Both the position numbers and the translations under genes were made by a program. A stretch of DNA of 64,000 nt from Octopus vulgaris (lineage: Eukaryota), in assembly GCA_951406725.2 (NCBI GenBank), contig OX597819.1, positions 44,578,001 through 44,642,000 on the forward strand, given 5' to 3'. The notes under the pieces were generated by a model. The model ran no database searches, was not told where the DNA came from, and was given only the letters and a program-made list of their open reading frames with translations. Below, piece after piece: positions 13,538 to 27,393 of the stretch (positions are counted from its first letter, which is position 1; each line of letters opens with the position of its first letter).

Positions 13538-13825
13538 GACCACTTCGGTCATGAATGATAACGGGATTGCATCAAGAAAGTTCTCCTTTGAGGTTCAACC
13601 CGGGCAAAGCTGATAGAGGATAAACAGCTGTCGTCCATATATACCGGTCCCCCTTTCCATACCACTGATGTTGTCCAACGGTAAAGCAAAGGGCGATGCA
13701 GCTTGGCATCAATGACATCGAGACTCATTTCTACAGCTGAGTCTTTCTCATGACAACACACAGCCCAATCTGGGAATCGAACACAAACCTCACCATTGTA
13801 AACCCGATTCTCTAACCCATGCGCC
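13538..13825 (-). mobile_element. SINE family C
   Basis: B-box GTTCGATTCCC on minus; body matches 10063-10363. Confidence 0.85.
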
Positions 13826-13841
13826 TTCACGCACACACACA

Positions 13842-13912
<71 letters not shown>

Positions 13913-14070
13913 CGTGTATATAAATGAGGGCTGCTAAGATATGCATATATATATATATATATACACAAATATATGTAAGTGTATATCTATATATGCGTGT
14001 ATATATATATATATATGAATATACGAAAATATGCATATATACATGTAAATATATAAATGTCAATATATAA

Positions 14071-14107
<37 letters not shown>

Positions 14108-14123
14108 CAAATATATACATATA

Positions 14124-14167
<44 letters not shown>

Positions 14168-14497
14168 TATATCTATAGATAGGTAGAAAGATATACATAC
14201 ACGCATGCATAGATACACACGCACACATATATTCATGTAAACTTATATTTGTATATAATACATGTCCTGTTGTTTTCGATTGAGAATGATCTCCATTGTG
14301 TTTATATCTATGAGTAGACCTGGTAGTTCTAACAGCTTTTCTTGTAATTGAATTCAGGATGAGGTGACTTCTGTTTTAATAGTATTTCTACTATTAACAT
14401 ACATACATACATACGAACGTACATACACACATACATACATACCGATACACATATATACTTATATATATATAGGTGTATATATATATATGCATAAAAG

Positions 14498-14733
14498 TGT
14501 GTATAGATGTCTTTAAAATGAAGCTGGATCTCTTCCTGTCAGGTGTCCCAGATGAACCAACTTCACGGCAGGAGGGGCAGATGAGGGCAGCTGCATCGAA
14601 CTCTCTCATGCACCAAATAGCAGTTGCTAGAAAGCCTCCATGAAGTGAAACCAAGTAGCAACACCAAATGGCGGTGCCCCAGCATGGCCACAGCTCATAA
14701 GCTGAAACTAGAATCAATCAATCAATCAATCAA
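14498..14733 (+). mobile_element. CR1/L2-group LINE 3' end (ORF2 C-terminus, 3' UTR and (AATC)n tail)
   Basis: 14503-14643 translates IDVFKMKLDLFLSGVPDEPTSRQEGQMRAAASNSLMHQI..., the FKxxLDxFLxxVPDEP ending typical of this LINE group. Confidence 0.75.
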
Positions 14734-14801
14734 TCATATATGCATATATTGGTATATATATATATATATATATATATATGTAGATGCGAATACACACACA
14801 C

Positions 14802-14840
<39 letters not shown>

Positions 14841-15376
14841 ATTGTGTGTATGTATATAAATAGAGTTTTCAATGCATATGAAAATATCATGCACACAGAA
14901 AATATATGTGTTCAGATACTGATATACATATGCAATATTCATAATGCATATATATATATATATATATATATATTCAGATGTTATGCATGTATTATATATA
15001 TATATATGTATGTATGTATGTATATGAGATATATATATATTATATGTATTTATATATATGTAATTTATGTACATAATATATATATATATTTATATATATA
15101 TACCTATATATATATTTTTATATATATATTATATATATATATGATGTATGTATATATATTTATATACATATATATATATACATATATAAATACATGTACA
15201 TATATGTATTTATATACATAGATATGTATATACATATATGGATACATATACTTATATGTATTTATATATACATACACACCTACATTCATACACACATACA
15301 TACATACATAGATACATATATACATACATACATACATACATACATACATACATACATACATACATACATACATACA

Positions 15377-15412
<36 letters not shown>

Positions 15413-16184
15413 CTTTACACATAAATATATGTTTTCTGATGTGTTGTGTATGAAATTCGGCGCATAAATCTCAGTCATGCAATGAAAGATTGACATACAA
15501 ATGGGAATATATATTCATGATCATTTCTTAACTTTAATTAAACATACCGTAGTTATCTTTTAATCACCCTTTTGTATGCAGATTTTCCGTCCAAATTTAT
15601 ATTTAGGGCAAGATTTACATCAATACTTATGCAAACCTCCTTTTTTTTTTACCCCTGTTACTATTTCATTTACACCGTGTATGACACCGGGAAAAACATG
15701 GATGTTTTAAGATTTAAATGTGTATATAACTTAGGATCAGGTTTACCGAAGACTATTAAATAATTTAAGATGTTTTAACTATTATGTTTGTTATATATAC
15801 AATTAATCCATGTATATGCTATTACGGATGCCTATATTAAAACATACGATAATACATACATACGTAGCTGGAGAATATATATTCATATAAATGCGTATAT
15901 ATAATATATAGGTATACATAATACATAAGGTGTATATATTTATATGTACATTTATATATACGCGTATATAGGTATATACGAATACACATGTGTATATGTG
16001 TATACACATAAATATATATATACTTATGCACTTTATATATGCACGTATATATACATACATAAGTATTCTGATATTTCTACATATATATCTATGTAGGTAG
16101 GTATGAAGGTATCTGTCTGTCTATCGTTCTGTCTATCTATCAATCAATCAGTCTATCTATCAATCAATCAATCTATCCTTTTTT

Positions 16185-16320
16185 CTATTCTTTCTTCTTT
16201 CTTTTTTTACGATCCTTTTTGATCGAAAACCTATCCCCCTTTTTTTCTCTCCCAAAAGAAAGGCTCTACTTTGTAATTTGTCCCCTCTGTGTTCAGCCCT
16301 GGGTGGCTAATAAAGATACA
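16185..16320 (+). mobile_element. Probable retroposon 3' tail within (ATCT)n
   Basis: Pyrimidine-rich tract ending TGTAATTTGTCCCC...GTGGCTAATAAAG, followed by (TATC)n. Similar tails occur at 45136-45290 and at about 41170-41260 (minus). Confidence 0.35.
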
Positions 16321-16410
<90 letters not shown>

Positions 16411-16849
16411 CCTATACATGTATGTATTTATGTATGCATGCATGCTTTTATAAACTTATGTACACCCTCATTATTAACTAATAAACATGGTAACATTTTC
16501 TACTTCCACGTCTACAATAATACATAAAGAAAAAAGGTCTTTGTAAGTATTATGATAAAATGAAAAATATCAACCAAAATAGGAGATTAAATAAAACAGA
16601 AAAATCATGGACACATTGAAAATTTTCCTTTAGTTACAGATAAAATATCTGGTCATGTACCATATCGCTATTAAATTTTAAATAACATGAAATAGAGTTC
16701 ACATATAATAAATTGGAGAGGTCTGGCCTCTGGGGAAAGCCTGGCCGAAAACGGAATTTTTAATGCTATTTTACTTACAGCATTTGTTTTGATGTAATGT
16801 TGTTTAAACAATCTAAGTGTCTATGGGAGGGTGGAGAACAATTTATGTG

Positions 16850-16884
<35 letters not shown>

Positions 16885-16916
16885 TATACACACATACATG
16901 AATATGTGAATGTACG

Positions 16917-16969
<53 letters not shown>

Positions 16970-17237
16970 ATGTGTGTGTTTTGTGTGTATATAAGTGTAT
17001 AAACCTATGTGTGTATGTAAGTTTGTATCCATGTTTGTAAACATATTAACATAAATATTCATATATATTTTTTTTTATATCGAACCCTCTAAATATTTAT
17101 CTCTCTGGCTATCACAAATGAAATACCTATCAAAACACTATGTTTACATGAATATATGAATATATTTATATATGAATTGCTGCATGAATGTGTATATATA
17201 TATATATATATATATGTATATAGGTATACACAGTATA

Positions 17238-17282
<45 letters not shown>

Positions 17283-17343
17283 GCGTGTATACAAAATATA
17301 TCAGTATATATATGTATATATATATATATACAATATATATGCA

Positions 17344-17380
<37 letters not shown>

Positions 17381-18329
17381 ACATATATCTAAATATATAT
17401 ACATATATGTATACATGTGTATACATATATATGTACATACATATATAAACACACACACACATATATATATATATATACATAGATGTATACATATAAGTAT
17501 GCATGTGTGTCTGTGAGCCTGGCTGTCAATACCTGTCTGTCTGTATGTATCTCTCTCTCTCTCTCTCCCTCTCTCTCTCTCTCTATATATATATATATGT
17601 GTATATATATATATTTATATATATATAAATATATATCATATATATATTTATGCATACATATACATGTTAATATATATATATATATATATATATGTGTGTA
17701 CAGAAATATATAGACATATACATGCATACATATATGTATATATATAAATTTATATTTATATATATGTATACATGTATGTGTATATTATTCGTATGTATAT
17801 CTATGCACATATATACGTGGATGAACGCACATAGCTATATATATCTTACCAATGAAAAGTTTTGCCCTAACTTCTTGTAATCTGTTTTACTAACCGGTAT
17901 CGGCTAGTAGGCTATAACCTCGAAGTGAATGCTGACGTTTAACCTTGTAATATTTTTATAATCCATTGGAAAATAAGGAGCGAGCATTTAGTTACATATT
18001 GAAATATCCATTTTAGACAATTTGATTTGAAAATTTTATACATATAAGTGTTTGTGTGTGTGAAATAAATTGTGTTAATATGCTTATATATTTATCTATG
18101 TATGAATAATGCGGCGTAATTTAAAATGTATGTGATAATTAATATGTAAGTATATATATGTATTTATAATTCATAGCAAAAATAATAAAAGACGTTAAGT
18201 TTGTCAACCTAATTTAATATCGGGTAGTATTAATAATAGTTAACAAATAGAAATGGTGCACGTCTTTTAATTATTTCAAATGGTGCAAAATTAACAAAGT
18301 TGATAAAAGAAAAAGACATACACATGTAC

Positions 18330-18376
<47 letters not shown>

Positions 18377-18466
18377 CATATATATATATGTATGTATGTA
18401 TGTATGTGTGTGTGTGTGTAGCTGCGCGTCTGTGTTTGTGTGTATATGTATGTATAGACACTCACA

Positions 18467-18546
<80 letters not shown>

Positions 18547-19057
18547 TATTCACACACATATATATTCACATATACATACATACATATATATATTTAACGT
18601 ATATATTTACACATAAATATATAGGCATATCAATGCGTGTGTGTATAATCGGGAAAGATACCAATAAATAAACTGGAGTTTTATGTATTTAAAATCACAC
18701 AAAATTCAGTGCAACTCTTAAATTCTGTCATTTTCTTGATCGATTAAATGCGCCGGAACCTTGATTCTATATGATAGACCCAGCTTAATGAAGTATTTGA
18801 AAAAATGTAATTATTTGCCCTCGAGTGTTAAAGAGTTAAATTACATACGCGTTTATTTAATTTGATTTTGATATTTTAATTAATTTCATTTCTTCAATTT
18901 TGCTAAAACAGTCCTAGATCAAATCACTCGTTATGTACATATATACATACATGCATGCATGCATACATAATTACATACGTACCTAATCACCCCTTACAAT
19001 TTTCCGAGAGGATTTCGGTCGAGCTAATCGATCACAATAATTATCATATGTATATAA

Positions 19058-19147
<90 letters not shown>

Positions 19148-19153
19148 TTATAT

Positions 19154-19212
<59 letters not shown>

Positions 19213-19611
19213 ATATGCATATAAGTATATATATATATACGTATATATATATATATATACGTATATTTTTATATATATGTGTAGCTTTGTGAGTATATGT
19301 ATTATATATAGATATATATAAATGTATATATATATATTTATTTCTTTATTCATTTACACAAAGATATATATGTGCAAACATATATTGGTATATATATATA
19401 TATGTATAAAACATCATACATATAGGTGATTCTGCGTGTGTTTGCAAGGGTGTACATTTATCCTTCTGGGCACATGTATATGTACCTCTCTGTCCCTCAC
19501 TCTCTGTGTTTCTTTATCTATATATCAATGTGTATCTGTAGCTCTCTTTATACACATATGCACATTCATAGATAGACACACACATATATACAAACATACA
19601 TACAAATGCAT

Positions 19612-19646
<35 letters not shown>

Positions 19647-19836
19647 GCAAACACACATATATATTCATATACATATATACATACACACGCACAAATATAT
19701 AGACATAGGTGCATATGAGCCTATATACATGCACAGTTATATAAAAATATACACATTTATATTGCATGTTTATATGAATATATATATCTATCAATCTATC
19801 CTGTCTACGTACATACATATGTGTGTATATATATAT

Positions 19837-19901
<65 letters not shown>

Positions 19902-20131
19902 TATAAACACACATATATATACATGCACACAGATATATATACACACGAAAGGACAGGAACATACGCACACAAACACACACACTCACACACACGCACATAT
20001 AAAGGTGAGTTCCAAGAATCAAGGTGTAGGAACATTATAAGTTTCGAGCAGTCAGTAGACAGAACCTAATTTTGGATATATATATATAATATATATATAC
20101 ATATATACATATATAAATGTGTGTGTAAATA

Positions 20132-20175
<44 letters not shown>

Positions 20176-20216
20176 TATATATATATATGGTATATATAAA
20201 TATACATATATATGTA

Positions 20217-20265
<49 letters not shown>

Positions 20266-20312
20266 TTCTATATATAAATATATAAATATGTATATATATA
20301 TATACACTCACA

Positions 20313-20385
<73 letters not shown>

Positions 20386-20775
20386 TTATATGAAGTGGAG
20401 CAGTAACCGGAAGGTCAGTAGTTCGCATCCTGTGCTTTAGTTATCAAAAGTGAGTCATATCTTGCATCGTTACTTCAATATCGTTTATAGTTTGAGTGGA
20501 AAAGGAAAAAAATTAAAACATATTAGATGGTTACTTCGAATTTTGTAGTGTGAGCACCAACAATTGTCTCATGAGGAACGCCATCGCTCTGTTTTATAGC
20601 TAAATATGGAACAAATATACACGTTTATACATACTGACACACATACTTCAATATATACACACATATACATCCAATGTGATATATATGCTATTATATCTAG
20701 CATCTCTCTCTCTATCTATCTATTTATCTATCAAAATCTGTTTGCCAGTTTTTCTGTGAGTCTCTCTCTCTGTTG

Positions 20776-20880
<105 letters not shown>

Positions 20881-20946
20881 CATATATATATATATATGTA
20901 TGTATGTATGAATGTATGTATGTATGTATGTATGTATGTATGTATG

Positions 20947-20987
<41 letters not shown>

Positions 20988-21371
20988 AAAAATATTCAAG
21001 ATAGGATATACTAAAATAATTTTATAAAAAACATTTCAGTACCGGTTATATATATACATACATATGCATGTATGTATATATGTACATTATATATACACAA
21101 AGAATAAGCAGAAGATGAGAGTGTACATGTCACTCCATCGGTCTATGTATTTAAGCAAAATTATCTGTCTTCCTATGTATGTATGTACGTATGTATGTAT
21201 GTATGTATGTATGTATGTATGTATGTATGTATGTATGTATGCATGTATGTATGTATGAATGTATGTATCTGTCTGTCTGTCTCTGTGTCTCGCTGTCTCT
21301 TTGTCTCTGTTGTTGTTGCTCTCTCTCCATCTCTCTCTCTATGTGTATATGTATACACACAGGGAAGGAGT

Positions 21372-21455
<84 letters not shown>

Positions 21456-22214
21456 TTAAGAAACTACTTGAGTATATATCTCTATCGTTGCTAGTGTGTA
21501 TGAATGTGCAGTCATACCGTTATACTGCACTGGATTTCTCACGTGTGCGTTCAGTGAGGAGTATCTGTTTATATACGTATAAATGTACGTGTATATATAG
21601 ACATATGTATATAGTTTCACAAAAAATATAAAGATAGATTTATTATCTTAAATACCTACAATTATTTTTTATGCATATATACAAAAATGCGTAAGCATAT
21701 ATATATATATATATATGCATATAGATAATCGAATATATATATGTGTATATATATATTTATAAATATATATATATATATATACACATATAAATATATGCGT
21801 GTAAATGTGTTACATATTAAAGATTCTATAATGTGTGAATGTATGTGTGTATGTGTACGTGCATATGCATTTATGTCTGAATGTGTCTAGCTAAAATATG
21901 CTTATGTGAGCGTCGTCCTGTTTCTCTTTCACTCCATAGAGGGTTCGTTTATGGCCCCACAACGTACAAGGTCAACAAAAACAAATTACAGAATTTGTGC
22001 CATGCTTGAAAGTAATTACTGGGGTCTAAACTTTTGAAGGTGCTATCACTCTATAACCTCAGTTCACTGACTGAAAGAAAGCCAAGTCAAATTTTATATA
22101 TATATATATATATACACACAAATATAAATATATATACATATATGTATAAATATATATAATATATCATATATATATATATAAATATATATTATATATATAT
22201 TATATATTATATAA

Positions 22215-22283
<69 letters not shown>

Positions 22284-22288
<5 letters not shown>

Positions 22289-22462
22289 CTGTAAATATAA
22301 TATGTGACAATTATTCGGTTGCCATGATAAAAGTCCGAGTTTCGGATGTCGGGGCGGAAAACCCGCACAGGCATCTTTTCATTTTTTCATGGCCCGATCA
22401 CTATTTACATAATATCGAGGTCTCTTTCATTTTTTGTTGTCTTACCATTATTATCAATAATA
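22284..22462 (-). mobile_element. PLE-like fragment, same family as 11364-11540, with internal inversion
   Basis: Shares both sub-blocks with 11364-11540 in a different relative orientation; a degenerate GATG...CATCC-GAAACTC HHR half is present on minus. Confidence 0.65.
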
Positions 22463-23095
22463 TATATACATACATATATGCATAAATATATATACCATGT
22501 TAATATTTGTTTTTATGTTCATTAGTATTAGTTTCAAATTCTCACTCATGGCTGGCAATTTCAGGTGTGGGGGTAAGTCGATTTCATCGATTCTACTGCT
22601 CGACTGTTACTTATTTTATCGATCTCAGTGGGATAAAAGCAAAGTGAACTTCGACTTTGATCCACTTGAGTTATATGAAAAGCAATTTTTTAATATGATG
22701 GGTTAATACTTCCTTTTGTTGAGTAAAAATTTTTATTTCGAATAATATTGATAGCGTGTTCAAAATTACAGCAGTCCAATGATGGCTAAATGTTCCGTAA
22801 CTATGAAGTTGCTGTGAATAATATTATAGTTTAAGAATATTATATGTGTGTGTGTGTGTGTGTGTTGTGTGTGTATCTCTCGTCTCTTTCTATAGGGTTT
22901 TATTTAATATACATATAGTTATATACTTCTCATTTATTTAGTTTTTCTTTCCTTTATCCTTCCTCTTTCTATAGGCTACCTTTGACGTTATATCCTTTAA
23001 GGTTTTTTTAAAACAATCTTAATAGCATTCAGTTAATCACTATACATATCCATTATTTTCTGTTAAAATGTCTTATTGACGCGTTTCATTTCTTC

Positions 23096-23184
23096 ACTTC
23101 CCTGACGAAAAGATTATACTGTTTTACATCATTTTATTGCTATGGAAAAATACCAGTGCTATCTTCGAAACATGTGTCGGAAGT
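23096..23184 (+). ncRNA. Type-I hammerhead ribozyme motif
   Basis: ACTTCC-CTGACGA-AAAGAT...ATCTTC-GAAAC-ATGT-GTC-GGAAGT: perfect 6-bp stem I and GUC triplet. Confidence 0.85.
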
Positions 23185-23398
23185 AAAAGAATTTGAATTA
23201 CACCTGCGTTTAACTCCATTTATTTAATTATATACATTACACAAAATATTTCAGGTAAACCCGAAGTTTCTACCTTTAAATACAAGGAGTTACAACCTTT
23301 TTACTTGCGTGATTTTTTCTTGTCTGGTAACTATTTATGTATTTTTTCTGTATTAATTGTTAACAAGGGAAAAATACACACATCTATTTGTATGTATG

Positions 23399-23456
<58 letters not shown>

Positions 23457-23551
23457 CATATATATGTATATATATATACATATGTATGTATGTATATATG
23501 TATATATATACATATGTATGTATATACATATATATATATGCATATACATAC

Positions 23552-23632
<81 letters not shown>

Positions 23633-23636
<4 letters not shown>

Positions 23637-23840
23637 TAATCCAAACAAGAAAGCACAAAAAACAACAACGCGAGGACGTGGAACAAATATAGTATTGTTG
23701 GACGCTCAGGAAATATGGAAAGAAGGAGGGTTTAACATTTCGAGCGGAGCTCTTCGTCGGAAACATAAGAGAAGGAAAGATCCAGAGAAGGGAAGACAGA
23801 GGAAAACAAATCGCCCACGGTACACACAATGTCACATTTT
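23633..23840 (-). mobile_element. Short PLE-like element with a minimal HHR (23730-23764, CCGACGA core)
   Basis: Minus strand reads GTTT-CCGACGA-A-GAGCTCCGCTC-GAAATGTT-AAAC. Same family as 44335-44516 and 53757-53970; all end TTTGGATTAAC next to (TA)n. Confidence 0.75.
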
Positions 23841-24201
23841 GTATGTATATATATATGTATGTGTTTATATAAATAAATAAATGGAGTAACACAGATGCTA
23901 TTCAAATTCTTTTACTTTCGACACATGTCTCGAAGATATCATTGGTATTATTCCAAAAGAATAAAATGGTATAAAACAATGTAATCTTCTCTTCCAAGTC
24001 TATATAGTTTTATTTAAGATACATATAGTAATATACTTCTCATTTATTTAGTTTTTCTTTCCTTTATCCCTCCTCTTTCTATGGGCTACCTTTAACGTTA
24101 TATCCTTTAAAGTTTTTTTTTTAAACAATCTTAATAACATTCAGCTAATCCCTATATATATATCCATCATTTTCTCTTAAAATGTCTTATTTCATTTCTT
24201 C

Positions 24202-24290
24202 ACTTCCCTGAAGAGAAGATTATATTGTTTTACACCATTTTATTGCTTTGGAATAATACCAGTGGTACCTTCGAAACATGTGTCGGACGT
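24202..24290 (+). ncRNA. Type-I hammerhead ribozyme motif (second tandem copy)
   Basis: ACTTCC-CTGAAGA-GAAG...CTTC-GAAAC-ATGT-GTC-GGACGT. Confidence 0.85.
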
Positions 24291-24503
24291 AAAAGAATTT
24301 GAATTACACCTGCGTTTAACTCCATTTATTTAATTATATATATTATACAAAATATTTCAGGTAAACCCGAAGTTTCTACCTTTAAAAACAAGGAATTACA
24401 ACCTTTTTACTTGTGTGATTTTTTTCTTGTCTGGTAACTATTTATTTATTTTTTCTGTATTAATTGTTAACAAGGGAAAAATACACATCTATTTGTATGT
24501 ATG

Positions 24504-24572
<69 letters not shown>

Positions 24573-24770
24573 GTATATATATATGTATATACATATATAT
24601 GTATATATATACATATATATGTATGTATATATGTGTATATATATACATATGTATGTATATATGAATATATATATTTATATATATATATATGTATATATAA
24701 ATTAATATATATATAGCAATAATATATCTCTGGGCGAGGTATAAACTGTAGCCACATGATATCGTGAAAT

Positions 24771-24917
24771 AAACCAGCTTAGAGAAGAAGAAGAAACGAA
24801 ACGAAACGAAACGATTCGATTCGTTTCGTTTCTTCTTCTTCTTCTTCTTCTTCTTCTTCTTCTTCTTCTTCTTCTTCTTCTTCTTCTTCTTCTTCTTCTT
24901 CTTCTCTAAGCTGGTTT
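24771..24917. repeat. Fold-back inverted repeat with asymmetric (TTC)n expansion
   Basis: AAACCAGCTTAGAG(AAG)3AAACGAAACG... against ...CGTTTCGTTT(CTT)~25CTCTAAGCTGGTTT. Confidence 0.85.
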
Positions 24918-25307
24918 TTATATATAATTATGACGCGAAACTCTATAACTCCTTCTTCTCTCTTTCTTTCACCCTCTCTGGCTTCCTTCCTCTCTATCTC
25001 TCTCTCACTCCTCCTCATCTCTCTCACAGCCGGGTCGACGAACTTCCTTTCGCTGGCGGCCTTCTTCAAGTAAACATGTTTCTTCCTGCGCTAATGAAAT
25101 TTTTTTCCTCGTCTAGGTTTATAGGCCCTCATTATTTGTTTTCCTGTCCTGTTTCTATTCCTTCTTGTACTGTATTTTTTGTAATTGTATTTTAATTTTG
25201 TATTTGTTTTTAATTGTATTGTTTTTACGTCCTGTTTTTGTCACATTTTTTTTCCTTGTTTTTACCCCTCTGCAAAGGAATTTTATTTAATTCTTTCGCA
25301 GGAAGTA

Positions 25308-25383
25308 CTAGTTCGACGAGACGTGTTCTGTCCTCACCTTCGAAACACGCTGGAGTTGAACTAGGGACAGCTGATGAAGGGGA
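25308..25383 (+). ncRNA. Hammerhead-like motif with non-canonical strand order, in a PLE-like 3' region (~24920-25600)
   Basis: CTAGTTCGAC-GAGA-CGTGTT-CTGTCC-TCA-CCTTC-GAAACACG-CTGGA-GTTGAACTAG-GGACAG-CTGATGA-AGGGG. Both core segments and all three stems are present; homolog at 57133. Confidence 0.6.
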
Positions 25384-26339
25384 TTTTTCCGTGTGTAGTT
25401 GTCTTGTACTCTGTTTTTTCGTTGTTTAAAAAATGGTCCGTTCCATGCTGCTTTTACTTTTTCGTTTCTCGTTGACTTCTACGTCTATTTGTGGCGTCCT
25501 GTACACACGTATATATATTTATATATGCATGTATATATACATGTAGATGTAGGTACGTACATATATGTTTGTATGTATGCATATATTTTAATTATTACAC
25601 TACATATATATATATATATATACAGAAAGAGTGAGAGAACAGAAGCATACATGAATATATATCTGTATATATAAATACTAATATAACTACGAATATCGTC
25701 GAAGCGACGATAAACCTGAAAACATTCTAGGATGACTTGTTTTAAAGAGAAGAATCGTTGCAATCTTCTCGTCCGTTGCAATCTTCTGTCCAGTGACAAG
25801 ACCAGGTCTAGGCGCTTGAAGATGCAGACATCAATTCTCGACCAAGATGTCCTACATGCCAGAAGCCCTCCTCACAATGTTTTTCTGCATCCATCTGCTG
25901 AGCCATGAATGTTTCTTCTGCAGAGTCCGTCGGATCCTTTCTTTTCATGCAGAGGTTGCCAAACTGTAATGTGTTAATTTACCCGTAGCTAGGAGCCTGA
26001 CAGCTGCTACTTTTCAGCTTAGGAGTAGATCTGGAACGATTAGTAGCTAAGAGCTGACAAAATATGTACTAGGATTGACGAAATGCGTCCTGGGGTCAAT
26101 TTGTTCGACTAAAGCCATTGAAGGCGGTACTTCAGCATGGCTGTAGTCAAGTGACTGAAAATAGCAAGAGTCAAGTATATATATATATAAATAAAACAAA
26201 ACAGGAAACCGGATATCATTTGCTATTGTTTATTCACAATTGGATGAGTTTCATTTAATATGAAACATGTGTAATGTTGAATAAATAATACAAAAAGTTG
26301 TGTTGTACGCTGCAAATAATATTTCCATAATTCTCGATT

Positions 26340-26768
26340 GCTTGGTGTCATTTCATCCGTGTTTAAGGTCTGAGTTGAAATTCTACCGAGGTTAACTTTG
26401 TCTTTAATTCTATCGGGGTGGATAAAATAAGTACCAGTTTAACACTGGCGTCATGTAATCGACTTCCCCTCTCCCAGAAGAAAAACTAAGCTAAGGGCAT
26501 TAGATTCCTTGGAAGAAAGCAGCGAATGTATACAAAATCAAGGTGACGGACGCAAATTCTTTCATTATTTCATTGTTTTACTTATTTCAGTCATTTGACT
26601 GCGGCCATGCTGCAGCACCGCCTTTAGTCGAAAAAAATGGACCCCAGAACTTATTCTTTGCAAGCCTAGTACTTATTCTATCGTTCTCTTTTTGCCGAAC
26701 CACTAAGTTACGGGGACTTGAACACACCAACATCGGTTGTCAAGCGATGGTGGGGGGGACAAACACAA

Positions 26769-26863
<95 letters not shown>

Positions 26864-26965
26864 CGACGGGCTTCTTTCAGTTTTGGTCAGCCCGAGGATA
26901 TAGTAGAAGACACTTGCCCAAGATGCCATGCAGTGGGACTGAACCCGGAACCGTGTGGTTGGTAA
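26340..26965. mobile_element. SINE B partial (+, 26340-26480) and SINE A (-, 26575-26965)
   Basis: Family motifs; SINE A has an internal (CA)n(TA)n tract. Confidence 0.85.
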
Positions 26966-27126
26966 ATACATATATTTCGTTGTTGGATTTGGTTTGCAAG
27001 ATTCTTTATGTGAGTGCATGTGTTGAAGCATATTCCGTTGTGTCTGTGGAGAGATATTCTCTTTTAGTGCCTTATAATTTTACACACTCACCGGTAAAAT
27101 TTCCACTTGTTTCCTTCTTTATTTTT

Positions 27127-27163
27127 CTAAAATTTTCGTTGCGTCTTGCAATCTTTTCAATAG
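27127..27163 (-). ncRNA. Minimal hammerhead-like motif, U3-A8 variant
   Basis: Minus strand reads CTA-TTGAAAA-G-ATTGC-AAGAC-GCAAC-GAAAATTT-TAG. Confidence 0.5.
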
Positions 27164-27393
27164 TTTTGTCTCTGTCCGTTATTCATACAGCGTTCTTTTT
27201 GTTTGTTTGTGCGCATGTGTGTGAATTAGTGTGCATACACATGTATGTATGTATCCATATGCTTACATACAAGTGTATATACATGCACATATATACATAC
27301 GCCCCCACACACGCATACATACATCTATCTACATAACAGCCCACTAACTATTCTACTGTACCTGTATAGACTGTGGGTATGGGGATATGATAT

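Larger units (their letters stand above)
22891..24510 (+). mobile_element. PLE pseudo-LTR-like array: direct copies 22891-23400 and 24004-24510, plus an inverted partial copy 23870-23998
   Basis: ~510-bp direct repeat, each copy with an HHR and a (TA)n tail. An inverted, truncated HHR region immediately precedes copy 2. Confidence 0.85.
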
